A DNA stretch of 41,634 nucleotides from an uncultured Bacilli bacterium (GCA_947624115.1 CANQIS010000002.1:1-41634), one strand, 5' to 3'. Positions 18,964 to 27,352 are shown, counted from the first letter of the stretch. Made by a program: numbers and translations. The notes: generated from the sequence alone by a model not told the origin.

Positions 18964-18993
18964 AATAAAAAAAATATGTCAAACATATTTTTT
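18964..18993 (-). terminator. Rho-independent terminator after pilin gene 2
   Basis: On the minus strand, AAAATATGT-TTG-ACATATTTT is followed by a T run, directly after the TAA stop. Confidence 0.6.
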
Positions 18994-20200
18994 AAAGACC
19001 TAAATTTGATTTATTTACGGTTATAACTGGACGAACACCATAATAGTTACTTCCGTTGACGTAGTTGTCGTCCAAGGAGCCGCAGTTGAACACACACCAC
19101 GCTAAAAAAGAGTAACTAGCATTCGTTGAAGAAGTCCAATATCCATAATTTCCACTTTGTTTCACATCACAACCATATTGGGTACAATCTTCTGTATTAT
19201 CAAACAACCATGCATATTTACTCTTTTTATTTGAACTTGCTACTTTGGTTTGCCATTTTTCTCCTGTACCATCTAAATAAAAATAGTCTTCATTTTGTAA
19301 TGTCCATCCTATTCCTCCATCATCTACCAGATTACTTGCTCCAGTTATCTCCGCTATTTCTTCGGCTTCAATTAATCTTGCTTTATTTCCATATGTTGAA
19401 TAATCTATTGTATATGAATGTGGTTGACCATCATATGTCCAACTTGCTGTATAAGGAATTGGTGATATTAATTCATCTGACCATGCTACTGTTTCATCTC
19501 TTAATGCTTCCAATACTTCTTTTGGACCTTTAAAATTCTCGCCACTTAAATTCCATGCTACTGTGCCTGTTATATTATGGTCTAATATTAAATTATAAAC
19601 AGCACTATCCTCCTTATCATTAAAGATATACCATTGCATACATCCTTCTGTTATACCAGTTTTACTTTGGTTTTTAGTATATTCATCTTCACTACATTGC
19701 TTACCATTAACTGGATTAAAATAAACTTTTGTTCCATTTTCCTTTATTTCTTTTTTTTCAATACAACTACTTTGTCCTTTTGAATATAAACATGTAAAAT
19801 TATTAATATTTAAATTTGTTGTTAATATATTTTTTCCACTATTACTTATTTTTATTGTTCCACTTGTTGGCTTTGTTCCTTTAAAATCTAATGTAGTTAA
19901 ATTATCCATATTATAACTATCATCTAATGTTTCTTTTAATTGACAACCATCGGTTGTACATTCAAAAGTGAGTGTTCCTTCTGGAAAGCCTCCATTATTT
20001 TGTAACATAAAACTTGTTACATAATTCTCAGCTGATTTGATAATACCACTTGTTGTATCCTCAGCAGCACTTTTTCTTGCCCTATTTAAAATATTTAATA
20101 TTTGTGGTACGGCAATCAAAGCAATAACAGCAAGTATTACTATTACTGCTAATAACTCTATTAATGTAAATCCTCTTTTTTTGTTATTAATTCTCATCAT
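18992..20200 (-). CDS. Type IV pilin-like protein with a large Cys-rich C-terminal domain
   Basis: The prepilin motif is KKRG|FTLIELLAVIVILAVIALIAVP. The roughly 360-aa C-terminal region ends with ARLIEAEEI...GYWTSS...YGVRPVI, reminiscent of DUF1566/Lcl-type lectin-like domains. That assignment is tentative. Confidence 0.8.
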   Translation of the reverse strand: MMRINNKKRGFTLIELLAVIVILAVIALIAVPQILNILNRARKSAAEDTTSGIIKSAENYVTSFMLQNNGGFPEGTLTFECTTDGCQLKETLDDSYNMDNLTTLDFKGTKPTSGTIKISNSGKNILTTNLNINNFTCLYSKGQSSCIEKKEIKENGTKVYFNPVNGKQCSEDEYTKNQSKTGITEGCMQWYIFNDKEDSAVYNLILDHNITGTVAWNLSGENFKGPKEVLEALRDETVAWSDELISPIPYTASWTYDGQPHSYTIDYSTYGNKARLIEAEEIAEITGASNLVDDGGIGWTLQNEDYFYLDGTGEKWQTKVASSNKKSKYAWLFDNTEDCTQYGCDVKQSGNYGYWTSSTNASYSFLAWCVFNCGSLDDNYVNGSNYYGVRPVITVNKSNLGL

Positions 20201-20233
20201 AATTTAAACATCTCCTTTTATTATGATATTTAA

Positions 20234-20262
20234 ATTATAACGTATTTATTTGATGATTGCAA
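20234..20262 (-). promoter_or_regulatory. Sigma-A-type promoter of pilin gene 2 (paralogous to 5558..5586)
   Basis: The minus strand reads TTGCAA (20262..20257), a 17-nt spacer, then TATAAT (20239..20234). Confidence 0.65.
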
Positions 20263-20388
20263 CACTTTTTTTTATATTAAAACTATAAAATATATCTGCT
20301 AGTTTTAATAACAAATTTAATTTATCATTAATACTATTTTATACTTCATATTTTTTTTTATTAATCATAAAATTAAATGGTGATAAGT

Positions 20389-21168
20389 ATGAATTTTCAA
20401 GTAGGAGATTTAGTAACACGAAACTCTTATAATAATGATATGGTATTTAAAATTACCGCCATTGAAAACACAATTTGTTATTTAAAAGGAATTAATGTAA
20501 GGTTAATAGCCGATAGTCCAGAATCTGATTTAGTTATATATGATAAAGAATTTACCGAAGATGAAGAATTTTTAGAACGTATAAAACCTAATTTAGACTT
20601 AGATAGAAGTGAATTCTTTTATTTACCAGGTAAAATTTTACACATTGATGGTGATAACGAATACTTAGAAAAATGTTTAAAATATTATGAAGATGACAAA
20701 CTAATGGCAATTGGAATAAGAGAAAATGAGGCTAATATAAAATTTAAAATTCGCGAATTATTAGAATTACATAACCCTAATATATTAGTTATAACAGGCC
20801 ATGATGCATATTACAAAAGAAAAGGAAGTCGAGATGATTTATCTGCTTACAAAAATAGTAAAAATTTTGTAGACGCTATAATAGAAGCTAGAAAATACGA
20901 ACATAGTCATGAAAAATTAATAATTATAGCTGGAGCTTGTCAATCAAATTATGAAGAATTAATAAAAGCTGGTGCCAATTTTGCTTCTAGCCCCAAAAGG
21001 ATTAATATTCACGCCCTAGACCCAGCAATTATCGCAACACGTATAAGCCTATCAGATATAAGTAAAGACATAGATTTAATAAACATCTTAGAAAATACAA
21101 AATATGGAAAAGATGGAATTGGTGGTATAAAAACTAAAGGTACTATGTATATTGGTTATCCTAGATAA
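20389..21168 (+). CDS. yabG: Sporulation-specific protease YabG
   Basis: The N-terminus MNFQVGDLVTRNSYNNDMVFKI resembles B. subtilis YabG. Conserved segments include LVITGHDAY, AGACQSNYEEL and INIHALDPA. SD GGTGAT lies upstream of the ATG at 20389. Confidence 0.85.
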   Translation: MNFQVGDLVTRNSYNNDMVFKITAIENTICYLKGINVRLIADSPESDLVIYDKEFTEDEEFLERIKPNLDLDRSEFFYLPGKILHIDGDNEYLEKCLKYYEDDKLMAIGIRENEANIKFKIRELLELHNPNILVITGHDAYYKRKGSRDDLSAYKNSKNFVDAIIEARKYEHSHEKLIIIAGACQSNYEELIKAGANFASSPKRINIHALDPAIIATRISLSDISKDIDLINILENTKYGKDGIGGIKTKGTMYIGYPR

Positions 21169-21180
21169 GGGGGAAATACT

Positions 21181-21405
21181 TTGACAATTGAACAAATAAG
21201 AGGTAATCTAAACGAACATCTTGGCAAAAAAGTCATCATAAAATATAATTTAGGTAGAAATAAATATGAGAAATATCATGCTAAAATAAAAGAACTGTAT
21301 AAAAATGTCTTCATAGTTGAATTAATAGAATCAAAAATAAAAAACGAAGTCAAATCATTTTCATATTCAGATATTATTACAAAAACAATAAAAATAGTTT
21401 ATTAA
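21181..21405 (+). CDS. veg: Veg protein (biofilm formation stimulator)
   Basis: This 74-aa protein (IRGNLNEHLGKKVIIKYNLGRNKYEKYHAKIKELY..FIVEL) matches the Veg family. It has a TTG start after SD AAGGGGGAAA and follows yabG, as in Bacillus. Confidence 0.8.
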   Translation: MTIEQIRGNLNEHLGKKVIIKYNLGRNKYEKYHAKIKELYKNVFIVELIESKIKNEVKSFSYSDIITKTIKIVY

Positions 21406-21488
21406 AAAAAATACACATAATATATTGCTTTTAAACTTTTTTTATTATACAATAAATGTGTAAGATAATACTGAAGGGAGAGATTTAC

Positions 21489-21746
21489 TTGAAAATTACA
21501 TCTGTAAAAGTTCATAAAACAGAAAAAGAAAATTCTAGAATGAAAGGAATGGTATCTGTAGTAATTGATGATTGTTTTGCTATTAGAGATATCAGAATAA
21601 TACAAGGTGACGACAAGCTATTCATAGCTATGCCAAGCCGTAAAGTAAATGATGATACTTATCATGATATTGCACATCCAATCAACCAAGAAACAAGAGA
21701 AATGTTTGAAAAAGCAATACTTGATGCATACAATGAAACTGAATAA
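21489..21746 (+). CDS. spoVG: Septation protein SpoVG
   Basis: KITSVKVHK...MKGMVSVVIDDCFAIRDIRIIQGDDKLFIAMPSRK...HDIAHPINQETRE aligns with SpoVG from its first residue. The TTG start at 21489 lies 6 nt after SD GAAGGGAGAG. The track start at 21456 has no SD. Confidence 0.9.
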   Translation: MKITSVKVHKTEKENSRMKGMVSVVIDDCFAIRDIRIIQGDDKLFIAMPSRKVNDDTYHDIAHPINQETREMFEKAILDAYNETE

Positions 21747-21808
21747 AATAGAAAAAATTTACAAAAGTACAAAAAAAGTAAATTTATAAATCTATTATAA
21801 AATATTTG

Positions 21809-21833
21809 AGATTGATTTTATCAATCTTTTTTT
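21809..21833 (+). terminator. Rho-independent terminator after spoVG
   Basis: AGATTGA-TTTTA-TCAATCT is followed by TTTTTT. Confidence 0.7.
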
Positions 21834-21854
21834 AAACAAAAAAATTAATATACT

Positions 21855-21892
21855 AAAAAGAACTATAATTTTAATGATATATAGTTCTTTAT
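21855..21892. terminator. Hairpin terminator downstream of surface protein gene 1 (usable in both directions)
   Basis: AAGAACTATA..(12-nt loop)..TATAGTTCTT is flanked by A and T runs. Confidence 0.6.
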
Positions 21893-21913
21893 TTGTTGCT
21901 ATAAATTTATCAA

Positions 21914-22987
21914 TTAATTAGAAGCTTTTATAAATTTTATACCTAAACTAGAAATACCAATTAATCCGATTAACCCAACCACCACATACAATTTTGAATT
22001 ATTTTCACCTGTCTTTGGATTTTCAATTGTTGTCATTTCTTCCGAAGTCAAAGTTGTTGTTGTTGATATAGTTGATGGTTTTGTAGTTGTAGTTATTGTC
22101 GACGTTGTCGATGACTTTGTAGTTGTTGCCGTTGTCGACGTTATTGATGGTTTTGTCGTTGTAGTTGTTGTCGACGTTGTTGATGGTTTTGTCGTTGTAG
22201 TTGTTGTCGACGTTGTTGACGGTTTTGTCGTTGTAGTTGTTGTCGACGTTGTTGATGGTTTTGTCGTTGTAGTTGTTGTCGTTGTAGTTGATGTTGTAGT
22301 TGATGTTGTAGTTGATGTTGTAGTTGATGTTGTCGTCGTTGATGTTGTTGATGATGTAGTAGAAGAAGTACTTGAAGAAGTCGTCGTTGGATCAGAACCT
22401 TGACAAGTAATTAATAAATAATATGTATCACCCGTTGGTAAAAGTTCACTCGTCGTTAAAACTGCATATTCACCACTTAAATAATTATCAGTTTTATTAC
22501 TTCCTTGTGATATAACATTTTGAGAAGTAATAACTGATTTTATAGAATCATAACTTTTAATCTCATAATTATCAGTAAACTTAGAGCCAATATCATAAGC
22601 CGTCATAGTTCCACTTGTTGGACTAACACTTAATAAATAAATATGTTCTTTTTTATTTAAGTTAAATATTTGAGGAATATTTATATACATAGTTAACTTA
22701 TCATTTTTCGCATCCCAAGTTTGACCACCTTTTACTGTAAATTTAAATGGTACAACATTAGCTCTTGAAGCACCACTTGCTTCAGTATAAAATTCTTTAG
22801 CTGCTGCTGTAACAATTGGATCAACATTGGTCACAATCGACATTGTAACTTTATCATTTCCACCCGTCATATAATATTCATAATAAGTATTATCATGACT
22901 TATATTCAATGCACTAACATGAACAAGCGCTAAAACACATGTTCCAATAAAAATAAATGAAAATAAAATACTTAATAGCTTTCTCAT
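21914..22987 (-). CDS. Cell-wall-anchored surface protein, NPKTG sorting signal (class B sortase substrate type), Thr-rich stalk
   Basis: It has a signal peptide (MRKLLSILFSFIFIGTCVLALVHVSA) and a roughly 190-aa unassigned domain paralogous to 23127..23918. A long S/T-rich repeat stalk follows, then ENPKTG, a hydrophobic helix and a KFIKASN tail. Confidence 0.8.
   Translation of the reverse strand: MRKLLSILFSFIFIGTCVLALVHVSALNISHDNTYYEYYMTGGNDKVTMSIVTNVDPIVTAAAKEFYTEASGASRANVVPFKFTVKGGQTWDAKNDKLTMYINIPQIFNLNKKEHIYLLSVSPTSGTMTAYDIGSKFTDNYEIKSYDSIKSVITSQNVISQGSNKTDNYLSGEYAVLTTSELLPTGDTYYLLITCQGSDPTTTSSSTSSTTSSTTSTTTTSTTTSTTTSTTTSTTTTTTTTTKPSTTSTTTTTTKPSTTSTTTTTTKPSTTSTTTTTTKPSITSTTATTTKSSTTSTITTTTKPSTISTTTTLTSEEMTTIENPKTGENNSKLYVVVGLIGLIGISSLGIKFIKASN
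22059..22340. repeat. In-frame tandem repeats encoding the Thr-rich stalk
   Basis: There are six 36-bp units (22059..22274). Four are near-identical: GTTGTCGACGTTGTTGATGGTTTTGTCGTTGTAGTT, the reverse complement of TTTTTKPSTTST-type coding. They are followed by at least 4 copies of the 12-bp unit GTTGTAGTTGAT (22281..22328). Confidence 0.85.
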
Positions 22988-23011
22988 TTCAACACTCCTA
23001 TTCTAAAAACG

Positions 23012-23040
23012 AGTATATCAACTTTTTACCTATCAGTCAA
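23012..23040 (-). promoter_or_regulatory. Sigma-A-type promoter candidate for surface protein gene 1
   Basis: The minus strand reads TTGACT (23040..23035), a 17-nt spacer, then TATACT (23017..23012). Confidence 0.5.
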
Positions 23041-23082
23041 TGATATAAAATAAAAATAAATCATTAATAGACAAAAATTTAC

Positions 23083-23112
23083 ATAAAAAAATAAAACCGA
23101 AAGGCTTTATTT
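23083..23112 (-). terminator. Rho-independent terminator after surface protein gene 2
   Basis: On the minus strand, ATAAAGCC-TTTC-GGTTTTAT (one G-U pair) is followed by TTTTTT. Confidence 0.6.
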
Positions 23113-23126
23113 TTTATTTAGTTTTA

Positions 23127-23918
23127 TTATTTATTTGCTTTGGCAAATTTAATCCCCAAACCAGCTATTCCAATTACACCTATTACACCAATAATAAAGT
23201 ATAATTGATTACTATTCTCACCTGTTTTTGGATTTTCAACAGTCGTTGTTTGACTTGGTTTTGTTGTAGTAGTTGTAGTTGCAGTAGTTGTTATAGTTGT
23301 AGATGATGTTGTTAATTCAATTCCTTGGCAAGTAATTAACACATAATATGTATCACCAGTACTTTCAAAATCACCTGTTTCTAAAACAGCATATTGATTA
23401 CTAAAATAATCATCCTTTAAATTTGAACCTTTTGATACAACTGAATCTCCTTCAATTTCAGCCTTTACTGAATTATAATCCTTAATTTCATATTTTCTAG
23501 GTGTTTTCTGTTGTAATTTGTCACCAATTTCATAAACATCATAATCTCCACCTGATTTAATTCTCATTAAATATATATGATCTTTTTTATCCAAATTAAA
23601 AGTCTTTGGAATATTTATAAACATTTTAGCCTTATCAGATTCTTTATTCCAAGTATTTTCTGCTTTTACAGAAAATTTAAATGTAATCGCATTAACAATT
23701 TCTGCTCCACTTTCTGGTCTATAAAACTGAACAAGTGCTTTATTTATGTCATCATTATTTTCATCCATAATTGACATTGTTAATTTATCACTACCACCAG
23801 TCATATAGAAATCATAATAAACATCCTTATTAATTGTCAAAGCATTAGCTGAACCTAAACCAAACACACTAGCTGTAATAATTGCAAATGTAAATAATAA
23901 ACTAGCAAATTTCTTCAT
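23127..23918 (-). CDS. Cell-wall-anchored surface protein, NPKTG sorting signal, paralog of 21914..22987 with a short stalk
   Basis: I placed the start at 23918 (MKKFASLLFTF.., SD AGGAGAGG). It has the same conserved domain (YYDFYMTGGSDKLTMSI...GDTYYVLITCQG) and a short T-rich linker. ENPKTG, a TM helix and a KFAKANK tail follow. Confidence 0.8.
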   Translation of the reverse strand: MKKFASLLFTFAIITASVFGLGSANALTINKDVYYDFYMTGGSDKLTMSIMDENNDDINKALVQFYRPESGAEIVNAITFKFSVKAENTWNKESDKAKMFINIPKTFNLDKKDHIYLMRIKSGGDYDVYEIGDKLQQKTPRKYEIKDYNSVKAEIEGDSVVSKGSNLKDDYFSNQYAVLETGDFESTGDTYYVLITCQGIELTTSSTTITTTATTTTTTKPSQTTTVENPKTGENSNQLYFIIGVIGVIGIAGLGIKFAKANK

Positions 23919-23943
23919 TTTAACCTCTCCTATCTTTACACAA

Positions 23944-23972
23944 ATTATAGCAACTATTTTTATTATGGTCAA
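23944..23972 (-). promoter_or_regulatory. Sigma-A-type promoter candidate for surface protein gene 2
   Basis: The minus strand reads TTGACC (23972..23967), a 17-nt spacer, then TATAAT (23949..23944). Confidence 0.5.
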
Positions 23973-24053
23973 GAATAAAAGACTTCATACTATCTTATTA
24001 GACACAAATTTACATTATTCAAAATTTTATCATTTAAAGTTTTTCAATATTAA

Positions 24054-24082
24054 TTGATAATATAATTTAAGTAGGATATAAT
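24054..24082 (+). promoter_or_regulatory. Sigma-A-type promoter candidate for the sortase gene
   Basis: The sequence reads TTGATA (24054..24059), a 17-nt spacer, then TATAAT (24077..24082). Confidence 0.55.
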
Positions 24083-24097
24083 ATTAATGGTGATACT

Positions 24098-24931
24098 ATG
24101 AGAAAGCAAAACAAAAAATTTTGGATTTCATATATTTTATTTACAATTATTTTGTGCATTTCTTTATATAAAATAACAACAAAACAGATTAATTACAAAT
24201 TAATCGAACAACAAGAACTCGATATTAGAAAATTGGTTTCAATTGTTGAAGTAGCACCAAAAGAAGAAAATACTGAAATTGTAAATCCACCAGAGCCAGA
24301 AGAACCTACAGAGGACAATAATTATGTACCAAATGACTATTGGGACTATATAAATGTTCCACTTATAAGTGTTGATTTTAACAATTTATTAGCTAAAAAT
24401 AATGACACTGTAGCTTGGATACAACTAAACAATACAAATATTAATTATCCTGTAGTTCAAACAACAGATAATGATTATTACCTACATTACGCATATGACA
24501 AAACATATAATGAAGCTGGTTGGGTTTTTATGGATTATCGAAATAACCCCAACAATTTTGATCAAAATACTATTATTTATGGACATGGTATGAATAATAA
24601 TACTATGTTTGGATCATTAAGATATATAGTTGAAAATTGGTGGTATACTAATCAAGAAAATCATACTGTAAAATTATCAACACCAACAGAAAATACTTTA
24701 TGGCAAGTATTTAGTATTTATACCATTCCAGAAGAATCATACTACTTACAAACCAAATTTAATGGTGATGAACAATATATGGATTTCTTAAATACATTAA
24801 AATCAAGAAGTATATATAATTTTAATGCAGAACTAAATCCACAAGATAAAATAATTACTCTATCATCTTGTTACAACAACGAACTAAGAGTTGTACTACA
24901 CGCTAAACTAATAAAAAGAGAAACACGATGA
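24098..24931 (+). CDS. srtB: Class B sortase
   Basis: It has an N-terminal membrane anchor and the segments NNDTVAWIQL..NINYPVVQTTDNDYYLHY, IIYGHGM (catalytic His region) and ITLSSCY (TLxxC catalytic Cys), plus a downstream Arg (LRVV). It is divergent from two NPKTG substrates. Confidence 0.85.
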   Translation: MRKQNKKFWISYILFTIILCISLYKITTKQINYKLIEQQELDIRKLVSIVEVAPKEENTEIVNPPEPEEPTEDNNYVPNDYWDYINVPLISVDFNNLLAKNNDTVAWIQLNNTNINYPVVQTTDNDYYLHYAYDKTYNEAGWVFMDYRNNPNNFDQNTIIYGHGMNNNTMFGSLRYIVENWWYTNQENHTVKLSTPTENTLWQVFSIYTIPEESYYLQTKFNGDEQYMDFLNTLKSRSIYNFNAELNPQDKIITLSSCYNNELRVVLHAKLIKRETR

Positions 24932-24955
24932 TAAAAATTAAAATGTAGTTAAAAT

Positions 24956-24990
24956 AAAAACTGATAAATATTCTATTTATCAGTTTTTTT
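24956..24990. terminator. Bidirectional terminator between srtB and the convergent membrane protein gene
   Basis: AAACTGATAAAT-ATTCT-ATTTATCAGTTT is a 12-bp stem flanked by A and T runs. Confidence 0.7.
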
Positions 24991-24991
24991 A

Positions 24992-25738
24992 TTATCTTAT
25001 TAACAAAAATAATAATATAATTACAGTTACTATCAAAAATATAACTCCCATTATTTTCAAATACAAAATAACAAATCTATAAAATAAGCTTTTTTCAGCT
25101 TTTTCACTAAAATAATAATTACCATTAACTTTTTTTATAATTTGTTGTAATTTCAAATTTTTAAATATTAATTCATTATTATCTATTTCTCTTAAAATAT
25201 TTTCCTTACTAGTTGCCGAATACTTATCCATAGCATGATATGTCATAAATGCTTTTTTTACTTCTTCAACATTTTTTTGATTATCAAGCTTTAATTTATT
25301 TACATTATTAACTTTATCTGCATAAACTGGATCAACTTCCATTTTTAATTTTGAAATTACAGTACTTATTCCTAAAAATGTAAAAAATACTGACACAATT
25401 AAATCACGAATTATAGCAGAGGAAAATTCAGAATTTTGATAAAGCATTTGCAATTTATCTAAATTAACCGTAAATCCCTCTTTATATAATAAACAACAAG
25501 GAATAATTAACAAAGTTGATATAACTACTACCAATAAACTTATAATTGTAATTATTATTGGTGCTGTTTTATCTGGTTGACCTACTACTTTTTTATACCC
25601 TAATAAAGCACCATAAGCAATTACTGCTGCTAATATAGAGAATATCATATTTCCATAAATATATATTAATATCCAAGGAAGTGCAAATAAAAATCCACCA
25701 ATCAATGCACCAAAAATTCCCAAAACTCTTTTACTCAT
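24992..25738 (-). CDS. Hypothetical polytopic membrane protein, last gene of the ftsEX operon
   Basis: This 248-aa protein has about 4 N-terminal TM helices, a soluble roughly 90-aa segment and one C-terminal TM helix. It starts 13 nt after the ftsX stop, with SD GGGGATG. I recognised no family. Confidence 0.6.
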   Translation of the reverse strand: MSKRVLGIFGALIGGFLFALPWILIYIYGNMIFSILAAVIAYGALLGYKKVVGQPDKTAPIIITIISLLVVVISTLLIIPCCLLYKEGFTVNLDKLQMLYQNSEFSSAIIRDLIVSVFFTFLGISTVISKLKMEVDPVYADKVNNVNKLKLDNQKNVEEVKKAFMTYHAMDKYSATSKENILREIDNNELIFKNLKLQQIIKKVNGNYYFSEKAEKSLFYRFVILYLKIMGVIFLIVTVIILLFLLIR

Positions 25739-25751
25739 ACTACATCCCCAA

Positions 25752-26651
25752 TTATATTTTTAAATGCTTTTTAACAGCTCGCCAACTTCCAAACATACCA
25801 ACTAAAATTCCAATCTCAACAAGTGCTAAAGATACAAAATACATAAATGGTTCAGGTTTTATTAATTGAATAATTGGTGTAAATACTTGTCCACCAAATT
25901 TTTTGTAAATAGCAGAATAACCATAAATAGTTGATAAAACAGGTATTATAGAACCAATTAATCCCAAAAATAATCCTTCTAAAATAAATGGAATTTTAAT
26001 ATTAATATTAGAAGCACCAACTAAACGCATAATTTCAATTTCACGTCGACGAGAAAAAATCGTTATTTTAATTGTATTTGAAATTAAGAAGGCAGTAACC
26101 AAAACTAATGCTATTACAATTACAAAACTAACATTTTTAATTGAATCAAACACTGATACCATTTGTTCAACCATACCTTCACCATATTTAACAATTGAAA
26201 CATTTTCTATTTTTTTAATTTCATCAGCTACATCACCAATTTTTTCAATATCGACAACTTTTACTTGAAAAGTAGCTTGAAGTGGATTTTCTTCATCACT
26301 CCATTCAGACATAATCGAATCAAATATATCTGAAGATTCCATCATTTCATCAGTTATTTCTTGTTTAGAACGAAAAATATAACTATCAATATTATCTAAT
26401 TCTTTTATTTTTTCCTCAACTTTATCTGTTTCCTCATCAGTTATATCTACATCTAAAAACGCCACAATTGTTACATCTTTTTCAACTAAACTAGCAAAAT
26501 TATTAACATTATAAGTCAAAATAATAGCTAAAGAAACAACAATTAAAGTAATCGTTATACATGAAATAGAAGCAAGCGATAAAGCAAAGTTCCTAAATAC
26601 ACTTTTAAATGAATCTCTTATATTTCTACTTAAAATTCTAAACGCCTTCAT
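25752..26651 (-). CDS. ftsX: Cell division permease-like protein FtsX
   Basis: It has the FtsX topology: TM1, a large extracellular loop, then 3 TM helices, with the motif RRREIEIMRLVGAS. I prefer the start at 26651 (SD AGAAAGGAA 9 nt upstream), which overlaps the ftsE end. Confidence 0.85.
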   Translation of the reverse strand: MKAFRILSRNIRDSFKSVFRNFALSLASISCITITLIVVSLAIILTYNVNNFASLVEKDVTIVAFLDVDITDEETDKVEEKIKELDNIDSYIFRSKQEITDEMMESSDIFDSIMSEWSDEENPLQATFQVKVVDIEKIGDVADEIKKIENVSIVKYGEGMVEQMVSVFDSIKNVSFVIVIALVLVTAFLISNTIKITIFSRRREIEIMRLVGASNINIKIPFILEGLFLGLIGSIIPVLSTIYGYSAIYKKFGGQVFTPIIQLIKPEPFMYFVSLALVEIGILVGMFGSWRAVKKHLKI

Positions 26652-27333
26652 GTACATACGTTCCTTTCTCATAATCTTTTAAAATTCTTCCCGAATCTAA
26701 AAGAATAACCCTCTTTTGCATCAATGCAACAATATTAGTATCATGTGTAACCATTATTATCGTTGTTCCTAATTTATTTATTTCTTCCAAAACTTTCATA
26801 ATTTCCATACTAGTTGTCTCATCCAAATTTCCTGTTGGTTCATCACATATCAAAAGCTTTGGTCCATTTACAATTGCACGTGCAATAGCTACTCTCTGTT
26901 GTTCGCCACCAGATAATTCTGTTGGATAATGTTTTGCTTTATTTTTCAAACCAACTAAATCTAAAACTTTTAACACTTTCTCATGAATTTCACTTTTTGG
27001 TAAACCTAACACTTCCAATGCAAAAGCGACATTTTCATATACAGTCAATTTTTGTAACAATTTAAAATCTTGAAATACCACACCTAATTTTCTTCTTAAT
27101 TTATAGACTTTACCATTACGTAATTTAGCTACATCTAAACCACCTACTATTATTTTACCTCGCGTAGGTTTTTCCTCACGATATAACATTTTTATTAGTG
27201 TCGACTTCCCACAACCGGTCGAACCTATTATAAAAACAAAGTCACCTTTTTCAATTGTTAAATCCAAGTCATAAATAGCCGTTACTCCATTTTTATATTG
27301 CTTATTAACACCTTTCATTCTTATTAAATTCAT
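26638..27333 (-). CDS. ftsE: Cell division ATP-binding protein FtsE
   Basis: It has ABC ATPase motifs: Walker A (GSTGCGKST), the signature LSGGEQQR and Walker B (LLICDEPTGNLD). Confidence 0.9.
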   Translation of the reverse strand: MNLIRMKGVNKQYKNGVTAIYDLDLTIEKGDFVFIIGSTGCGKSTLIKMLYREEKPTRGKIIVGGLDVAKLRNGKVYKLRRKLGVVFQDFKLLQKLTVYENVAFALEVLGLPKSEIHEKVLKVLDLVGLKNKAKHYPTELSGGEQQRVAIARAIVNGPKLLICDEPTGNLDETTSMEIMKVLEEINKLGTTIIMVTHDTNIVALMQKRVILLDSGRILKDYEKGTYVHEGV

Positions 27334-27352
27334 AATACACCTCTATTCAATA

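Noticed and set aside
19126-19533. Plus-strand 135-aa ORF antisense to pilin gene 2
   Set aside because: It is a shadow ORF with L/H/N-rich low-complexity sequence.
21402-21605. Minus-strand 67-aa ORF overlapping the spoVG start
   Set aside because: It is antisense to the conserved spoVG gene and its SD, with no support.
22059-22340. Regularly spaced direct repeats considered as a possible CRISPR-like array
   Set aside because: The repeats are contiguous with no spacers. They are in frame within a surface-protein ORF and encode a Thr-rich stalk. No cas genes are present.
23577-23774. Plus-strand 65-aa ORF inside surface protein gene 2
   Set aside because: It is a shadow ORF.
21914-23918. 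NPKTG proteins considered as NEAT-domain heme-uptake (Isd-like) proteins
   Set aside because: No heme ABC transporter or heme oxygenase genes are nearby, and I could not recognise NEAT hallmarks by eye. I left the domain unassigned rather than calling it Isd. A profile search is needed to settle this.
18964-24990. The pilin-yabG-veg-spoVG-surface protein-sortase stretch considered as a prophage or integrative island
   Set aside because: It contains no integrase, recombinase, phage structural or conjugation genes. yabG-veg-spoVG is conserved core synteny. Only the individual pilin and sortase units look accessory.
25681-25869. Plus-strand 62-aa ORF spanning the ftsX / membrane-protein junction
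   Set aside because: It is antisense to two supported genes and has no SD.
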